64,000 nt of DNA from Azolla caroliniana (lineage: Eukaryota > Plantae > Polypodiophyta). Positions 12,200-26,899 of this stretch are shown piece after piece. The position numbers and the translations under genes are program-made. How positions within the stretch are numbered: position 1 is the stretch's first letter; each line of letters starts with the position of its first letter. The notes under the pieces are model-generated. The model saw nothing but the letters and a program-made list of their open reading frames with translations. It was not told the DNA's origin and ran no database searches. Where the stretch lies: positions 6,572,001 through 6,636,000 of the forward strand of contig JBHGNT010000001.1 in the NCBI GenBank assembly GCA_043228905.1, in the 5' to 3' direction.

Positions 12200-15100
12200 G
12201 ATGCTATAATCTATTGACCCCATATTTCAAACATAACATGCTTGATTTCTCCTCCATTGCATACATTATTAAATGCATAGCAAAGCATCTTTTGGATGAC
12301 AAGTCACACATTCGATTAATCTATGATTGGGATGAACCTCAAGTTGAAGGTATTTAAAGATTTTATTATTTAAGTCTGTACGCCCTTCATCTACTTTTTA
12401 TCATCAATCTCTTTTCCAATATTGTACATGGTGTGGTACATGCAACTATGTTTACCACCTTTGCCTTAATATGTTCGTTAGCATAATAAAACCTTGGATC
12501 TCCCAATCTAAATTGTTGAATAGCATTTGGTACCATATTGGGAAGTATGTCAACAACTAAGAGTATATTGATTTATATTTGTAGAATTAGCGTATTTAAA
12601 GGAATGAATGTGACATCCTTCCTACCTTAATTTTGTAATATGAGTATAGGACCACCTAGGCAATATGACTACTACATGTTCCTTATTATACACAATGCAT
12701 GGTTTGCCCTTATTTAAAGTCTTCACATGCATAACCTTTGTTTTAGGACTATTGCCACACAAATTACCATTCATTCAAAAGTTTTCCAATATAGCCATAA
12801 GATTTCAAACACCTTCTAAAGTATTTGCTAAAAGCATTACATTATCTTATGGTAAACATTAATGCTAATAGTACAAGTATAAATCAATAAAATTATATAT
12901 CCCACTTTCTAATATATTTGAGAAATTTCAATTTACAAGTATATACTAACTTAATATTTTGAGTTCTTCCACTTGTTCTCCAAAATTGCAAGTGGGAACC
13001 ACATAAGATACTTCCTTAAAGTTTACGACACGACAATATACTATTTTAAGTTTTACCTTTAAAATGACTTTCTTGCATGAGTTAGGAAGGATGACAACGT
13101 GATCAAAGGAACTTTGGTGTTCTCAAAAAACAACTTCTTTTTTCCAAAAAAAGCACTACTTCCCATTAGTTAGCAAAAGAAGAACATCAAAGATCAGCCA
13201 TAATCAAAACAGCATAATCCCCACCCTACTATTTACAACAAAAGTATCCTGCTAACACTTTGTACATGGTGACCACATATTTACAACTCCTATCCATTCA
13301 TGGAAGCCAATGGCGGAAACAACCATCTCGGTGCTTGGTAGTTCCATTTAGGCCCTGACGCTGAATTTACCATCATAGGAGAGCAACCTCATTTCAGCAA
13401 AAACTTCGACCGAGCCCTTTCTGCTTCATCCAAGTTCCCTTCAATCGAGTTGTATTGTCCGCGCAGCCAAGATACCAGCTCGAACCAAATGTTTAGCAAC
13501 ACCTCACCGCTTGGGAGTTTTCGTTGCTGAAAAACAAACATACATCGTCTGGTCCAAATGTGCCAGACCGAGAAGCATGCCACCAACATCCATACCTCCT
13601 CAAAAAAACCAGAGTTTGTACCAAGTTCCACTCCAGCACATTTGAATACACTGTCGCCCTGCACTATAAAACCATGACCATGTGGATTTAGATGTTCCGC
13701 CCAGCCTTCCGCAGTTAGTTTCAAACCCTGTAAGGACCCCCACACAACTCTCCCATTCACACTGCATGCTGCCACTATCCTGAGACTTCGACCCCAAATG
13801 TTGATTGCCTCTGTACAGTTCCAAAAACAGTGAGGTATCGATTCCAAAGAGTGACCACATAACGTACAACCAGCCTCCCCATCACGAGACCTCATCCACT
13901 CCCCTACGGGTAACGCCTTATGACTAAGAAGCCAAAACCACACCTTTATTTTTTCTGGCATATCTGATGCCCATAGTCTCCTCCAAAATGACTTCAACAA
14001 GTCATCTGATATGCCTTTATCCCTCCAACTATTGTGAGTCTGAGCAGCGCCCACTGATTTGGAGCCAATGATTTGCCTTCCGAGCTTAGTACTATAATAA
14101 AAAAACCCCTCCAGTTTGTTCATTCCCGGTTTCTGTCACCATACCTCTAGTGGATCCCACTCCAAATCATGTAGAGGCTTGTTGTCAAATAGCCATAGTT
14201 TACAATCAGTATCTAGCCTCCCTGGGTCCAGGTTTACTTGCCACTTCTTACCTTCCAACACTGCCACCCGCACTGCCAACCACCGACCATTGTCGGACAA
14301 AGCACTTAGGTTTCCCCACAAATGATATTCATTAGATGGACACTTGCAACGGATAATTTGTCCATCACTCTCACCTACAAACCACCCAGACCAAACCCCC
14401 TCTTCCTTATTCAACCGATCTAGACCATCAACAGCCTTATTTATCAGTTGGGTCACCTTCTCAAGCCTACAAGAAATGCTACCAAACTGACCCTCACTCC
14501 TCTTCATTTTGAAAACATCCCACTCTCTTACTGAACTAACATTGTACCCTAACATGCGGCCCCATGGCAAATATTTTTTCTGTCCAAGCATCATGTCGTC
14601 CTTGCTTCTTATCCTAGGGTTCCAAAATAGCGGTTGTCGGAGTTGTTCCTCCAATGTTTTTGGTTTCATTAAGACCAACCCTTCTCTTACACTTGACGAA
14701 GCCATCATTATGGCACGGGCCACCCTGTCCTCCATGCTAGTTGGTTCTTTCACCTTTAGATCTGGACTGAACAACCACCACACCTTTGCCTTCCAAGGGC
14801 CACCATTCCTTGGACACCAAAGGTCAGCTTTGTCCCTAAGAAGCATCTTCCACAGTTCAGGTCCAGGTTGTAAACTTCGCACAAGTAGCTTACCGAGTAA
14901 AGCCTTACTTTGGTGAACTGGATCCACCAACCCAAGTCCACCTTGGTTTTTCGCCTTGATCAAACAACTCCACGCCACTTTAGCTGATGCCCTCTCATGG
15001 TCTCTACCTGACCATAGGAACCCTCTCACCATTGCCTTAATATTTTTGATGCAAGTTTTGTCTAACACCCAACATGCCACCGAGTGCCACATGGTGGCTA

Positions 15101-18100
15101 ACAAAATGTGGTTTACCACGACCACCCTACCTGCAAGAGAAAGCTTTACTAATGCCCATACCCGAAACTTTTTTCTGATTTTGTCTTTCACTTGCTCAAG
15201 TTGTTGGTTTTTAGGGGTCTCAACGCCCACCAAAAAACCCAAATATTTAATAGCAATTCCATTGGGAACCCATTGAAAATCAGCATTAGGGAACCAAAGA
15301 GGCCATGGGTTTGAACTTACCCAAAATCCTTTGCTTTTGTTCCAATTGATTTTCCCTCCTGGCACTCTACAAAACAGCTCAATCCGTCTTTCAACAAGCT
15401 GTAAATTATCGTCATTGCCTTGTAGATAGAGCATAGTGTCATTTGTGTATGATGAGTCCAACAACTCCTTGTCCGCATGTGGGACAACTAATCCCCTATT
15501 CTTGCATCTGGTTTGTTTAAAAAGAAAGAGAATACCTCTGCAATAAATAAATAAAGGTAGGGGGCCAACGGGCACCCTTGCCTGACAGACTTGCATAATG
15601 GAATTGGTGGGCCCCGATGTCCTGACACCATCACCCTACTCAAACTTCCTTCGTAAAGGGCTAACGCAGCTTATCTCCATTTGGAGGGTAGTCCCAACCT
15701 CTCCATCACTTCATCTAAAAAGGACCATTGTACTCTGTCATACGCCTTCTCGAAGTCGAGCATGAGACATGCAATATGTTGATTGGTTTTCTTTGCCAAG
15801 GCAATCGCCTCCCAAAAGGTCAACACATTATCAATTATGCATCTATTTGCCATAAATCATGTTTGTCCAACATTAATTAGTGCATTCAAGTGGGGTTTGA
15901 CCCTCTTGGCCAAAATATTGGCAAAAATCTTATATATTGTGTTGAGCAACGTAATCGGTCTCCATTGCTTTACATCAGCTATTAGACCTTGTACCTTTGG
16001 AATTAGAAATATCAACCCCTCTTTAAAATGCTTAGTAAGCAGCCAACAACCCATGCCTCATTAAGACCATCAACCAAGTCAACCTTAATCACTTCCCAAA
16101 AATTTTCAAAAAAATCTCTTGATAGTCCGTCGATGCCTGGACAAGACGTTCTACATATACCCGCCAAAACATCTGACACCTCCTCTTCCAAGAGTGGCCT
16201 TGACAAATTAACTTGTGCAACCTCTAAAATTCTTTGTTGCATACCCTCCGATACAAATTCTATTAGATTAGGTTGTTCGGGGATATTAGAACTGTATGAG
16301 AGTAACCCACGATAGTGAGTTGTGACTGCCTCCATGATCTCTGATATATCCTCCAATGTTGATCCATCCTCCTTAATCAGCTTAGGATTGTAACTACAGT
16401 TTGATCTCAACTTTTTATACTTAAAAATTTGATGATTTACCTTATCCCCATTCTTGCTCCACCATGCCGCGGAACTCCTGAATACCATCGTGTTTCTAGA
16501 CATAATCAACTGTTGTAGCGTTTCTCTAGCAGCCTCAAGACCGGCTCTAGACCATTGACACATGGGATCTTTCTAAAGCATTCTTTGGGCAACTGCTATT
16601 GATCTTCTTAATCCCACTTCTCTTTCTTTGGACTTTGCAATTCTATTTTTAGTCTCTACGTGCAAATACAATGAAGTTTCGATAATCTTCCCACTAAGTG
16701 TCTCAAGTGCACCACAACCAGCTGGCTTACTTGCCCATATGCTCCTTATCTTTCTTCCCACTTCCGCATCCCCAAAAAGCTTACTATTGATCCTTAGGTT
16801 GCGGTCTCTTTTTGGCCTCCTTTGGTTGACTAATGTAATCTGAACCGGCATATGATCAGAGTAAGCTAAACCAACGATTATTTCAACAGTGTTACCATAT
16901 TTTTCAAGTTCCGAGCTTATGTATATTTTGTCTATGTGAGACATACAAAAGCCATTTATACTACAGCCTGCTCTTGAAAAGCTTAGCGAACTCCGAGGCT
17001 TTTTTAGTACATACCATGCATCTTTCACTCCTAATCGTCCCATCAACAAATCCCAAGCAACTAACTCTGACCCTTGGACCATTGTATGAGTACCACCCAC
17101 CTTATCCTCTGTGTGCAAAGTCATGTTAAAATCCTCTGCAAGGATCCACGCATCTGCAAATGGCAAGCCATCAACCAATTGCCTCCAAAAAAGGGCCCGC
17201 AAAGTGGATGACTTGGGTGCATACACATTTACTATCCCAACTAAAATTGATGCCATCTTACAGTCACACAAATGGCCTGTCCCTCCACTATGGTGTCCTG
17301 ACCCACGACAACAATATCCGGATTGTTCCTAATAGATGTACAAACACCTCCTTTTCTACCATGCTCACCCTGAGCTAGGGACCAAAAAGTATGGCAATCC
17401 CCCTCAAGAGGATTGCCAATACGCAAGATTCTGTCCGCACACAAATGATGCTCTTGCAAGAGCAAAATGTCCGGGGTCCCCGTAAAGCACGAGGATTTGA
17501 ACTCCGGTCCCCATATCAATACTTATATTTGAGTTCTTTTATCATTCTCTTTAGCTACTCAAATTTGATTCCATTGTATATAAGAGAATTAATTGACCGT
17601 GACTGCCAATGAGTTTCTTAGATGATTCATACCTCCCTTTTTGTAAAATTTGCTCTGCAATCATGTGGCATGTCATGCTATAATTTGAGATTAAACATAT
17701 CCTTCATCCAAATGTATGTTTCTTTTCAAGTTTATTTGAGCATTTTGATCTTTATTCATTCAATATCCTATGCATAGAGAGTGGACAATTTCTTAAGCCC
17801 AATGTATACTTCCTAAATCATAAAAGACATGCACATGTGAAAGAGGACCATCATGTATCGTCTTTTTTGTATTTGATAACTTCAAAAAAGTTCTTACAAT
17901 AGATATACAAGTCCACCTTTCCCATCCATTTGAGGATTTAAGTATTGATACCTTCAAAATGTCACATATTGACAATGGTCAATTTCTTAAAGTCAATGCA
18001 CACATCGTAAATAGTTGAAGAATGATTATATGAAATAGAGATGTAATGTACAATCTTTCATACGTTTGGTTGTTCACATAAGTTCTTTCTATGGATACAC

Positions 18101-19480
18101 AAATCCACAAGAGTTAAGTTGTATAGCTTTTGTAATTGCCAACATGATTCCCCTTTAGGTTTCTCCAAATCTAGCAACATCCCTATCCTTTCTCTTGGGT
18201 GTAGAGAAATTGTTGATTAACTCTCCATTTTCTTCCCCTTCTTTACATGGGCATTTTGGTATGCATGTAGATACTTTTGGTGGTTTTCATTATCTTTGAC
18301 TATGTTGATAAAGTATTATTGGGCTTCTTTTCATATCAAACCATTTTTATCTTTAAGCTACATTTAATGGTACCTTTGCAAAGCACGCACTTAACAAAAA
18401 GGCATATCTTTGTGCATGAACCAATGACTTGCTTGAAAGTTTCCCATTTTCATTCTAATGTTGCAGCATTTCGGAGTTTTTTCTTTTGTAACATGTCCTT
18501 GACCATCTTGGCATGCACCGAGAGGGAGGCGTCACAGTTTATATTTATTTGATTACATAAAGGAAAATGACCCAAGTAATTTTCTTCATTATCCGTGAAC
18601 CTATCACCATAGAATAAGACTTGGCCAACCAATATGTTGCAATGGTCAAGCATAAGTTTATCGTCTTTGTAGGCTGGAGATGTCGTTTTTGAATTGAAAC
18701 ATTGCCCATTTAACCTTCTACACACAAGCTCAATCTATGGTTTCTTGGTATATCAATGCCAAATTATTTGAAACATTTTGCCACTTCAATGAATTTGCTT
18801 AAATTGTTTGTGAAACATGCGTAGATATTTGCTTTCTAGTTGTTACTATCGTAAAATCATCTATGTGTATTTCCCAAGATAGATAGATAGATAGATGTTT
18901 TTTAATGTCCAGGGGAAACCAATTGTGGCCTAGCCCATAGATATTAGTATGTTTGTTGAAATATTCAATAAAAGAGAGTTTGAGGGTGTTAACGTCCCAT
19001 GCGAGAAGTTTCATTATCCTCACAAAATAGTATCATGATGAATTGATTTTGTATCTTGTCTTCTCTTGGATTAGAGGGTTATGCTTGAAGGTGAGTGGTG
19101 AAGCACAAGAATGTTATATTTTATATTTCCAAGAATTTTAATAAGGGACCAAGGGCACCCTCTTTTAGCAATGTGTTGCAACTTGCATTCAACCTTGTTC
19201 GTGATTCCCACATATTGTTCATTGATCCACTCCCTACACACATTTGTCTCACAATCACAGTGTGTGCTAGCAATTAGTATAAATCGCGAGTATTGAGGGT
19301 TGCTACCCAATTCCACACATACTATGTAAAATAATTCACTTGTGTTTCCATGTTTCATATTTGACCTTGAGAACGAGAATAAGCTCTCTCTAAAAACAAC
19401 CTTATCAATTGAACTACAATTGTCAATAAACCAAAATTCCAATAGTTCCAATAATGCTACCACTATGAATGGTATAAGGG
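12200..19480 (-). mobile_element. Highly degenerate Mutator-like (MULE) transposase remnant, split by the 13.1-17.5 kb LINE
   Basis: MuDR-like KVECK..KRGCPWSL at ~19150-19200. MULE-core-like fragments at 17560-18450. A SWIM-like C..GKPC fragment at ~12700 on the other side of the LINE. The similarity was seen by eye only. Confidence 0.5.
13135..17519 (-). mobile_element. L1-clade LINE, near-complete ORF2 (APE endonuclease, RT, zf-RVT), frameshifted and 5'-truncated, no ORF1
   Basis: Endonuclease motifs DILLLQE, NVYAP, DFNM, SHIDKIY and SDH. RT motifs PGIDG, WRPITLLN, LDFEKAYDRV, a degenerate YADD (YTND), YLG and GGLGL. Zinc finger CTLC..ESIPHCFWNC. Several stops and frameshifts. T-rich tail near 13135-13143. 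Confidence 0.93.
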
Positions 19481-20599
19481 GGTGTTTCTATGGTGACAAT
19501 GAGAAGAAGAGAAGGAGAAGACCTTAGAATTATACTATATGTTTTCCAAACCATTCATAAGGTGATAAGTCACAACTATATGGTGATGAAATGTATAATA
19601 TCCTACGTAGATTTCAAGTCCCTTATGAAATAAAGGGGAAGCTTGAAGGAACCTTCACTTCAACATGAGCATGTGAACACATGTGGCTCTATCCATTTTT
19701 CTAGCTCCTTCTAAAGATCCATATTAGCATGAGTAGACTTTATCTATGTTAAATCTCTATTTGAGGTGAAACTTTGATTTACGATCAATTTTCCATATTC
19801 ATATATTATCGTGCATATGAATTTCCCGCGTGCACATAGCAATAACATTCTTATTAACAATGACAAATGTAGATGGAGATCGTTGAGTATTGTTATGGTG
19901 ATCATAAATAAAGCAAGATAAATACATCACATTTTTTTTAAGCCTTTCATATGGGGGCGATCAGGGGACATATATGACATTAATACACACTTTTCAAGGT
20001 TTCTCATAGAGGAAAGGACCTTCACTCAATAACTAGATTTGTGAACATGGTATGATTTTCTCTTTATCTTTGTCTCAAAAAATATGCATGCTTAGATGAG
20101 TCTATCCTATTGTTAGGCCATGTTTTATTGATCCATATATGCTTTTGGTTTGAACACAATTTCTAAATTCCCAAATGGTATTCTTCATTCACTCTCTCTA
20201 AACCTTATTTGAAAGAGTTTGAAAATGTCCAAAAGCACAGAGTTTTGAGTTCTCTGAAGCCAAGCCACAAAGACAACACATGCTCTGATTTATTTAGATG
20301 TGATCACTTCCCATTGAAATTGTTGCTATGGAAACTGTTATCGAGTACATGCGTAAAGTTTTTTTTAAAATTCGGATACTTACTAAGATCACATGGGAAG
20401 CATATAAAAAATAGGGAAAAGTACCAGGATACCCCCAGAAGTTCCAATTTTACCAAACTACCCCTATCTCCCAAAAAATACACTTTATAAAGTAATTATA
20501 CACTCAAATCTACAAGCCCTATTTACCAAAATACCCTTAAACCTCATAGAATCTTTCTTTTCTTTCTTGTTCATCATCAATCGTCTTTATCAGGTCAGT

Positions 20600-20840
<241 letters not shown>

Positions 20841-20842
<2 letters not shown>

Positions 20843-21690
20843 AGAGAAAATCCCTTCTTTCAACCTCACAATGCATTACTTGGCCTTCATTGATTGATCC
20901 TAAGTTGCAACATGCTTTGAGAATGCTTATAAATGTAACAATATCAGGGAAGATACCATCAGATTGCATCTTTTCAATGCATTCAACTGCTTCTTTAGAT
21001 TTTCCATTCTCAACATACCCAACAATCAATGAAGTCCAGGTGATTGTATCTCTAACATGTAATTTATCGAAAACCTGTCTAACTCTCTCGATTGAGCCAC
21101 ATTTTGCATAAGTATCAACCAAAGCGGTAGCCAATGAGATATCACTATGTAGGAAACCTCTTGAATCACATTCTACATGTACATGAAGACTTGTTCTCAT
21201 GTCTCTTAACCTTATACAAGCCTTGAGCAAAGCAACAAAAGTATGTTCATTTGGATGTGAAGAAGAAACATCAACGTTTCTCATCGTTTTGTATAGATCC
21301 AATGCTTTCTGTGGTTGACCACAATTGTTGTAACCTGATAGCATGAAATTCCATGAAAGCTTATTGTAAACAGATATACGATAGAACTGATAGAGAGCAT
21401 CGAGCACCAACATACCATATTCCTCTCGAAATAGGGGAACCACACTCATCGATAAATGCTAGAGTTGATCATCATCCATACCATCGCTTTATATATAATT
21501 TAGAGCACATCCTCTTTGATCACACATTATATTACACATCTTGCACCAAACTACAAAACCATCTTCTTCTCGAAATAGGAAACCACCCTCATGTATACAT
21601 GCTAGAGCCCATCCTTTTGTCTACAATTTGCATTATTATTGCATTGTGGCTAACTTCACATTCTGTTTGTTCTGAGAAAAGGTGTTGACG
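20841..21690 (-). pseudogene. PLS-class PPR gene fragment
   Basis: SWNFMLSGY, PNEHTFVALLKAC, ALVDTYAKCGSIE..VFDKL, WTSLIVGY and PDIVTFISILKAC. Frameshifted upstream and ends abruptly at a (GAA)n tract with no E or DYW domain. Confidence 0.85.
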
Positions 21691-24419
21691 CACAAGTGAG
21701 AAGACTCATTGACTATACATATTTTCCCTTAAACAAATGTCAGTTGAGTTAGAGTATAACACCTCATTAGAGATGATTAGACCATAGTTGAGTTTTCTTT
21801 CCATGTATTTTTTATAAGATTCATTATCTATGTACACATTCCTCTCATAGTCACAATGTGCACTCTTGACTGCAACTTTTATCTTATGTGTAACATGAAT
21901 TGAGCCTTAGACCTACACTCTAATAATATGTTCCAATGCTTTAACATTTTAACCACACTCTCTAAGTCGGATAATTAGGGAGTATGGTGATGGGATGTAG
22001 ATGGCTAGGGATTGATAATCAAAATAGTATTGTGGTACACATTTTTCCAAGTTATGTAATTGGGGGATATTTGAACGATGATGTTGATAGAAATGCTAAA
22101 TGTATGCTATTGGGTGATCAGGGCAAGAGGTCCTCATTAACAGGGGTGAAAACATGTCCTAGACATTTCTCTTTAGACCTCTTCAATGATCGCTCATTTC
22201 CATAGGAAGGTGGTGTAAGGTACTTCTTTCAAAGGATACTTGATAGAATAATCTCTATAATTGGGGGATTTTGGGATTGAGTGTAGTAACCACTTTTTTA
22301 TGATGATACCATTAAGAAATCAAGAAGAGGAGATGGTGACTAAAGGGGTGTTTCTATGATGATGAATTTGGTGATGGGTATTTATAATATAAAGAAGATG
22401 AATAGGTGACACACTTTTCAAGCTTTTAAAATAATGGGCAAGGGATACCTTATTCAAACATGAGCCATGTGAACATGTGAATGCTATTTTTCTATATCCT
22501 CATTCTACATCTCTCTAAAGATAATACACGTTTCTCTCTCAAGCTTTATCCCCTCCTCCCAATCCCCCATCATCTAATGTAAATCATATTATGACCCCTC
22601 ATACATCTTAACCACACTTTTAATAGTCTTTAACAACACTGGTTGTAGGTAATTATGGGATGTTTTTCGAACCCCTTTTTTTATAGGACAAGGTGTCCTC
22701 ATTCATGGACAAGTATGTAAACGTGAACATGTTTTAATCCTCATGCTAACTTCTTCCTCTAAACTATTGTGGATAACTTTTGTTACTACATCTAGATTTT
22801 ACCTCCGTGCATAAAATTTTAACCAATATTATGGTCAACGTTGCAGGTTTATAAGTATTTATGCACATAAATTATGCATGGTGATGAAAGGGAGAGGAGA
22901 GGAAAACATGATGACAATATATTGCATGAGACCCTCGCTTAAGCATGGGACATGTGAGGTCTCTTCTTGTTATTTTCTCTCTCTCCCTCCCTCTCTCTCT
23001 CAATATCATTGTGCATTATTTTTTGAAATCTAAGTAGTTTGATTTATTTCTTTATAGGGTCTTCTAGGCACATGTGGGTTTACGTTCAAAACTATGAAAA
23101 CCATATACAAAAAGACTTGTGGGAGCTCAAGATTCATATGTTTTTGGTGCATGTGAATCAACCCCTAGCATCTCAACAACACCTCTAGTAATGGTGATAA
23201 ATGAAGGACATTGCTATGCTAAAGAACAAGGGATAACAACTTCTACGAGGGTGTTTGTAGTTTGAGGTTGTTTACATCTATGGCAGTAAAGAATAGCAAT
23301 TAGTTTTTATGATACCCTCACTTAAGCACGAGGCTTTTGAACATACTATAGAATCGAGATATTTGAATATCTATTACCCAACACTTGTTCTCTTTCAAGA
23401 ATATCTCACATGCTAGTGTAATTTGAACCAAACAATAGATTATTATAATCAATGCACATTGGGTGGAAAGCTAGTTGAGTGGACCAACATAATATTAACC
23501 CTTTTATTTTGCTTACTAATGCGAAGCGGTGTTTTTTGGGGAAAAAGCTATTATATTAACCCTTTCATAAGCTTAAATATGAAAAAAATTGTAAACCACA
23601 GCAAGAAAACATGCTTTTCTATATATAGAAACGTGTAAATCTCATAGAGAGTGAGAGGGACAATGTAATTGTAAAACGAAGTATATTGAAGCTTGATCAC
23701 CATCATCTCCATACCAATTTCTTGTTGATTTCTTTCTCTTTCTACTTCTCTACGTGTGCATCTTTGTCTAGCAAATAGTGAGAGAACATTGTAATGTTAA
23801 GATAAATGTATTGAAGTTGTTTCATTGCATTTTTTGGGTGTTATCATCTTCTATTTTCTTCTTCTCAATGTTTGCATCTTTGTCTCTTTTCATTAAACAT
23901 CCTCATTCCATAGAAATGGTTCGTTAATCCTTTGAGGTTATGTGACAATATCATCATGTGTGATTACTCTCAAGTTAGTTACGTAGCACTTTGTGGCTCC
24001 ATTAAAAACTTATAAGTGTTATAAGACATAATAGGATCAATTGCAATAGCCTCACAATGTATTGAGGGTCTCAAAGGGTGTGTGGTGTTCTCAAGTAGAC
24101 GGAGCATGTAGATGGACTACATACAAAGAAGAGGAGACATCACCATATAAAAGGTCAAAACACAAACATGCATTTGGCTAAGATGGGAGTACACTAGCTC
24201 AAAGTTCCAAACAAACTTGCATTGTCAATCCATTTCAATAGAAGATTGGGATGAAATAGACTACCGGTGCGATCATCTGGAAAATGGTGTCTAGCCCTCG
24301 ACATATAAACCTATGGAAATTAGGGGTGACACCTAGAGAAGAGCCCTTTTTTTAAGAAGTTCTACATTATGAGAAGATTGTATGGGATCTGGATGAAGTA
24401 AACTGTATAAAGTAACTAT

Positions 24420-25640
24420 GGTTAATCAATTTACATTATCACTAGTGCAACAACTTCAATTGAGTGCATGAACACACAAATCTAGTATATTCTTGCGTAC
24501 ATCCTGCTCATGACACCATCTCCTCTCGTTCGACAATAAATTCCACAAGTCCCAATGCACAATTTGGGACTTGGTTTATCAAAATATTGACAATGAGATT
24601 CTACTTCAAGTTTTTGGCCATTAGGAATATTCATTGTAGTTCCCAAACATGATCATTAGGTGCATAATCTAACCAATCAACGAGGTACTATAGTTTGTTG
24701 GAGATGATATTGGAGTCTAAAACTACTACAACTTTGACCTTTAGCCTGTCAACAAGTTTAGTTGAAGGTGGAGGTGGAACCATCCACTTCATAATGGAAT
24801 TAGAAGGTTCCAACAATAAGACATGGAGAGACTCATGCATGAATGATGATCAAAATGAAATGCTACTTCATTGATCTTAGCAAACATCATGAATAGTTCA
24901 AGACATTGATTAACTAACTTGTCACGTGGCCTAGTGGTCTTCATATTACCTGACAATTACCACATATGATCCTTGATGTAGAACTTAGGTTTCTATGTGG
25001 AATTTAGATGATGACAATATACAACCAACTTTTTTGTGGCCTAAGCATTACACCATGTTAAGAGATTTCGGCCTGATTATCTTGGGGTTGTATTGTAAGA
25101 TCTTCGGCAACGAGGATTGCAACTTACTTTAGTGGAAGAAGGGGGTGCATCTAGTAAAAGAATGAACTAAATTATTGCAAACAAACTCCCCAAAATGCAA
25201 GTCAACCCGATCATCGATTGGTAGTCGATGAAGCAAAGAAAGTGTTGATCCAACATTTGATTTATACACTCAATTTGGATGTCACTCTTCAAAACAGATT
25301 TTGGGCAGCTTGTCCAAGTGTTTCCAACATTTTAAGATGAGTTGTTGCCCACAATTGTTAATAATGTGGCAATAATGGGAGACCATGATGGTTGAATACT
25401 TCTCTCATAATTAGGTACCCATCCCTTGATAATTGATAATCTCTGTGATTGGAAGGAAATAAGTTATCTTAGCGAATTGATTCACACTATGACGATGACA
25501 TTACAATCTTCAGAAATATGAGAGATATGTAATGAAATCCAAGTAGATATACCTCCATAGATCATTGGAATTTGGTAATTGTGGGCAACAACTGACCCAT
25601 ATGGACGATGCCAAGGCATCTTAGATCAGCAACATGCATC
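24420..25640 (-). mobile_element. Ty3/Gypsy chromovirus remnant (integrase, chromodomain, PPT, start of 3' LTR)
   Basis: The degenerate minus-strand translation gives HRPYG..LPIP..LWRYIYLDFIT, HHGLP, NQMLDQ..CFIDYQ and EF..NN.VHS.TRCTPF. A chromodomain follows (LDS..SNKL*YLVDW.DY.PND..WE). The PPT GAGAGGAGATGG precedes TGTCATG at 24515. Confidence 0.8.
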
Positions 25641-26031
25641 ACAAAAAGGCAGACACGGTAGCGAACAAAAACTCGAGAGCTAAGAAGACCATCAATGCTT
25701 GCCAGTTGCTAGCTCTAAAGTCCCTGCCAACTCTCGTTTTCGTCATCGAGATACGTTCCACACGTGACACGGATGGCCCCTTAAAGATCATCAGCTCATT
25801 CTTTCGTTCTTTCTTTCTCTTAACGGTCTCTATATACATACATCATACACGTACATAATTTTTTTTTTAAATTCTGTGCTCGAAACTGGAAAGCAAACGT
25901 CAGATGTAAACTCGACATTGGGCAGAGCAGGCCGATATGTTTGTGACGGACCGACTGGGTAATGGGCGACTTACGGGAGCCGAGTAGACAAAATATCAAA
26001 GCTGAAGCAATGAGGCGTGTGAACACGCCCT

Positions 26032-26033
<2 letters not shown>

Positions 26034-26066
<33 letters not shown>

Positions 26067-26332
26067 GGGGCCCGGGGGGGAGGATAACGCCATTTCTCTA
26101 TCTAGACTCTGTCTCCCTCCCCCTGTGTCTGTGTCTGTGTCTGTGTCTGTCTCTCTCTCTCTCTAGGTTTCTCTCGTGACTGATAATGAAGAAGAGTTCT
26201 TCCCCTTCCCTGAGCGTCTCCTCTCTTCTTCTTCTTCTTCTTCTTCTTCTTCTGCTCCCACAAATCAATGAATGAAACAAAAAAGGGAAACATTAGACAG
26301 ACAGCTAAGACAGAGGATAGATAAATAACAGA

Positions 26333-26366
<34 letters not shown>

Positions 26367-26380
26367 CTCTCTCTCTCTCT
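26034..26380 (+). promoter_or_regulatory. CT/CTT microsatellite-rich promoter and 5'UTR of the Tubby gene
   Basis: (CT)n, (CTGTGT)n and (CTT)n tracts of the kind typical of plant 5'UTRs and GAGA elements. A G-box CACGTG lies upstream at ~25760. Confidence 0.6.
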
Positions 26381-26899
26381 TTGCTTCATTTGAGCTCTGA
26401 AAACAGAAAAAAGAAAAACAGAACAGCCATGCCATTATTACAAAAGACCCCAGAACTATCATTCTTATTAGCATTTTATTCATCATTTTCTTAGAATCCG
26501 ATACGTATACACACACACACACCCTCTTTCTTTTGTTCCCTTTGTTTTCCTTCCTGTTTCTTTGGCTAGATCTAAGGATTATCTTTCCCCCCCCTCTCTC
26601 TCTTACTTTCGTAATCTCGTAAATGAACCGGCTTGAATGATATTCGGCAAGCAAAGGATCATAGGAAGACGAAAAGAAGAAGCTTTTGTTTTCGTTGCTA
26701 TCAATGGATCTATGAAGGCACAGAGAAGAAGGGCAAGTTTTTACCTAGAACACAGAAGATAAAGCTAACAGTGGTGGTTCCACGGAAGCGTGCAGAGTGG
26801 AAGAGGAAAAGGAAGAAAGAAAATAAAAAAGTAAAGGTTGCAGAAGGGATTAAGTTCAGGTACTATTCATTGTGTTGTTGATGGTCAATGTTTTTTTAC

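Noticed and set aside
23950-24420. Possible Gypsy gag remnant on the + strand (PMEI motif)
   Set aside because: A single short motif is too little evidence to call a feature.
26098-26654. Arg/Glu/Lys-rich ORFs
   Set aside because: They are antisense readings of CT-rich 5'UTR microsatellites.
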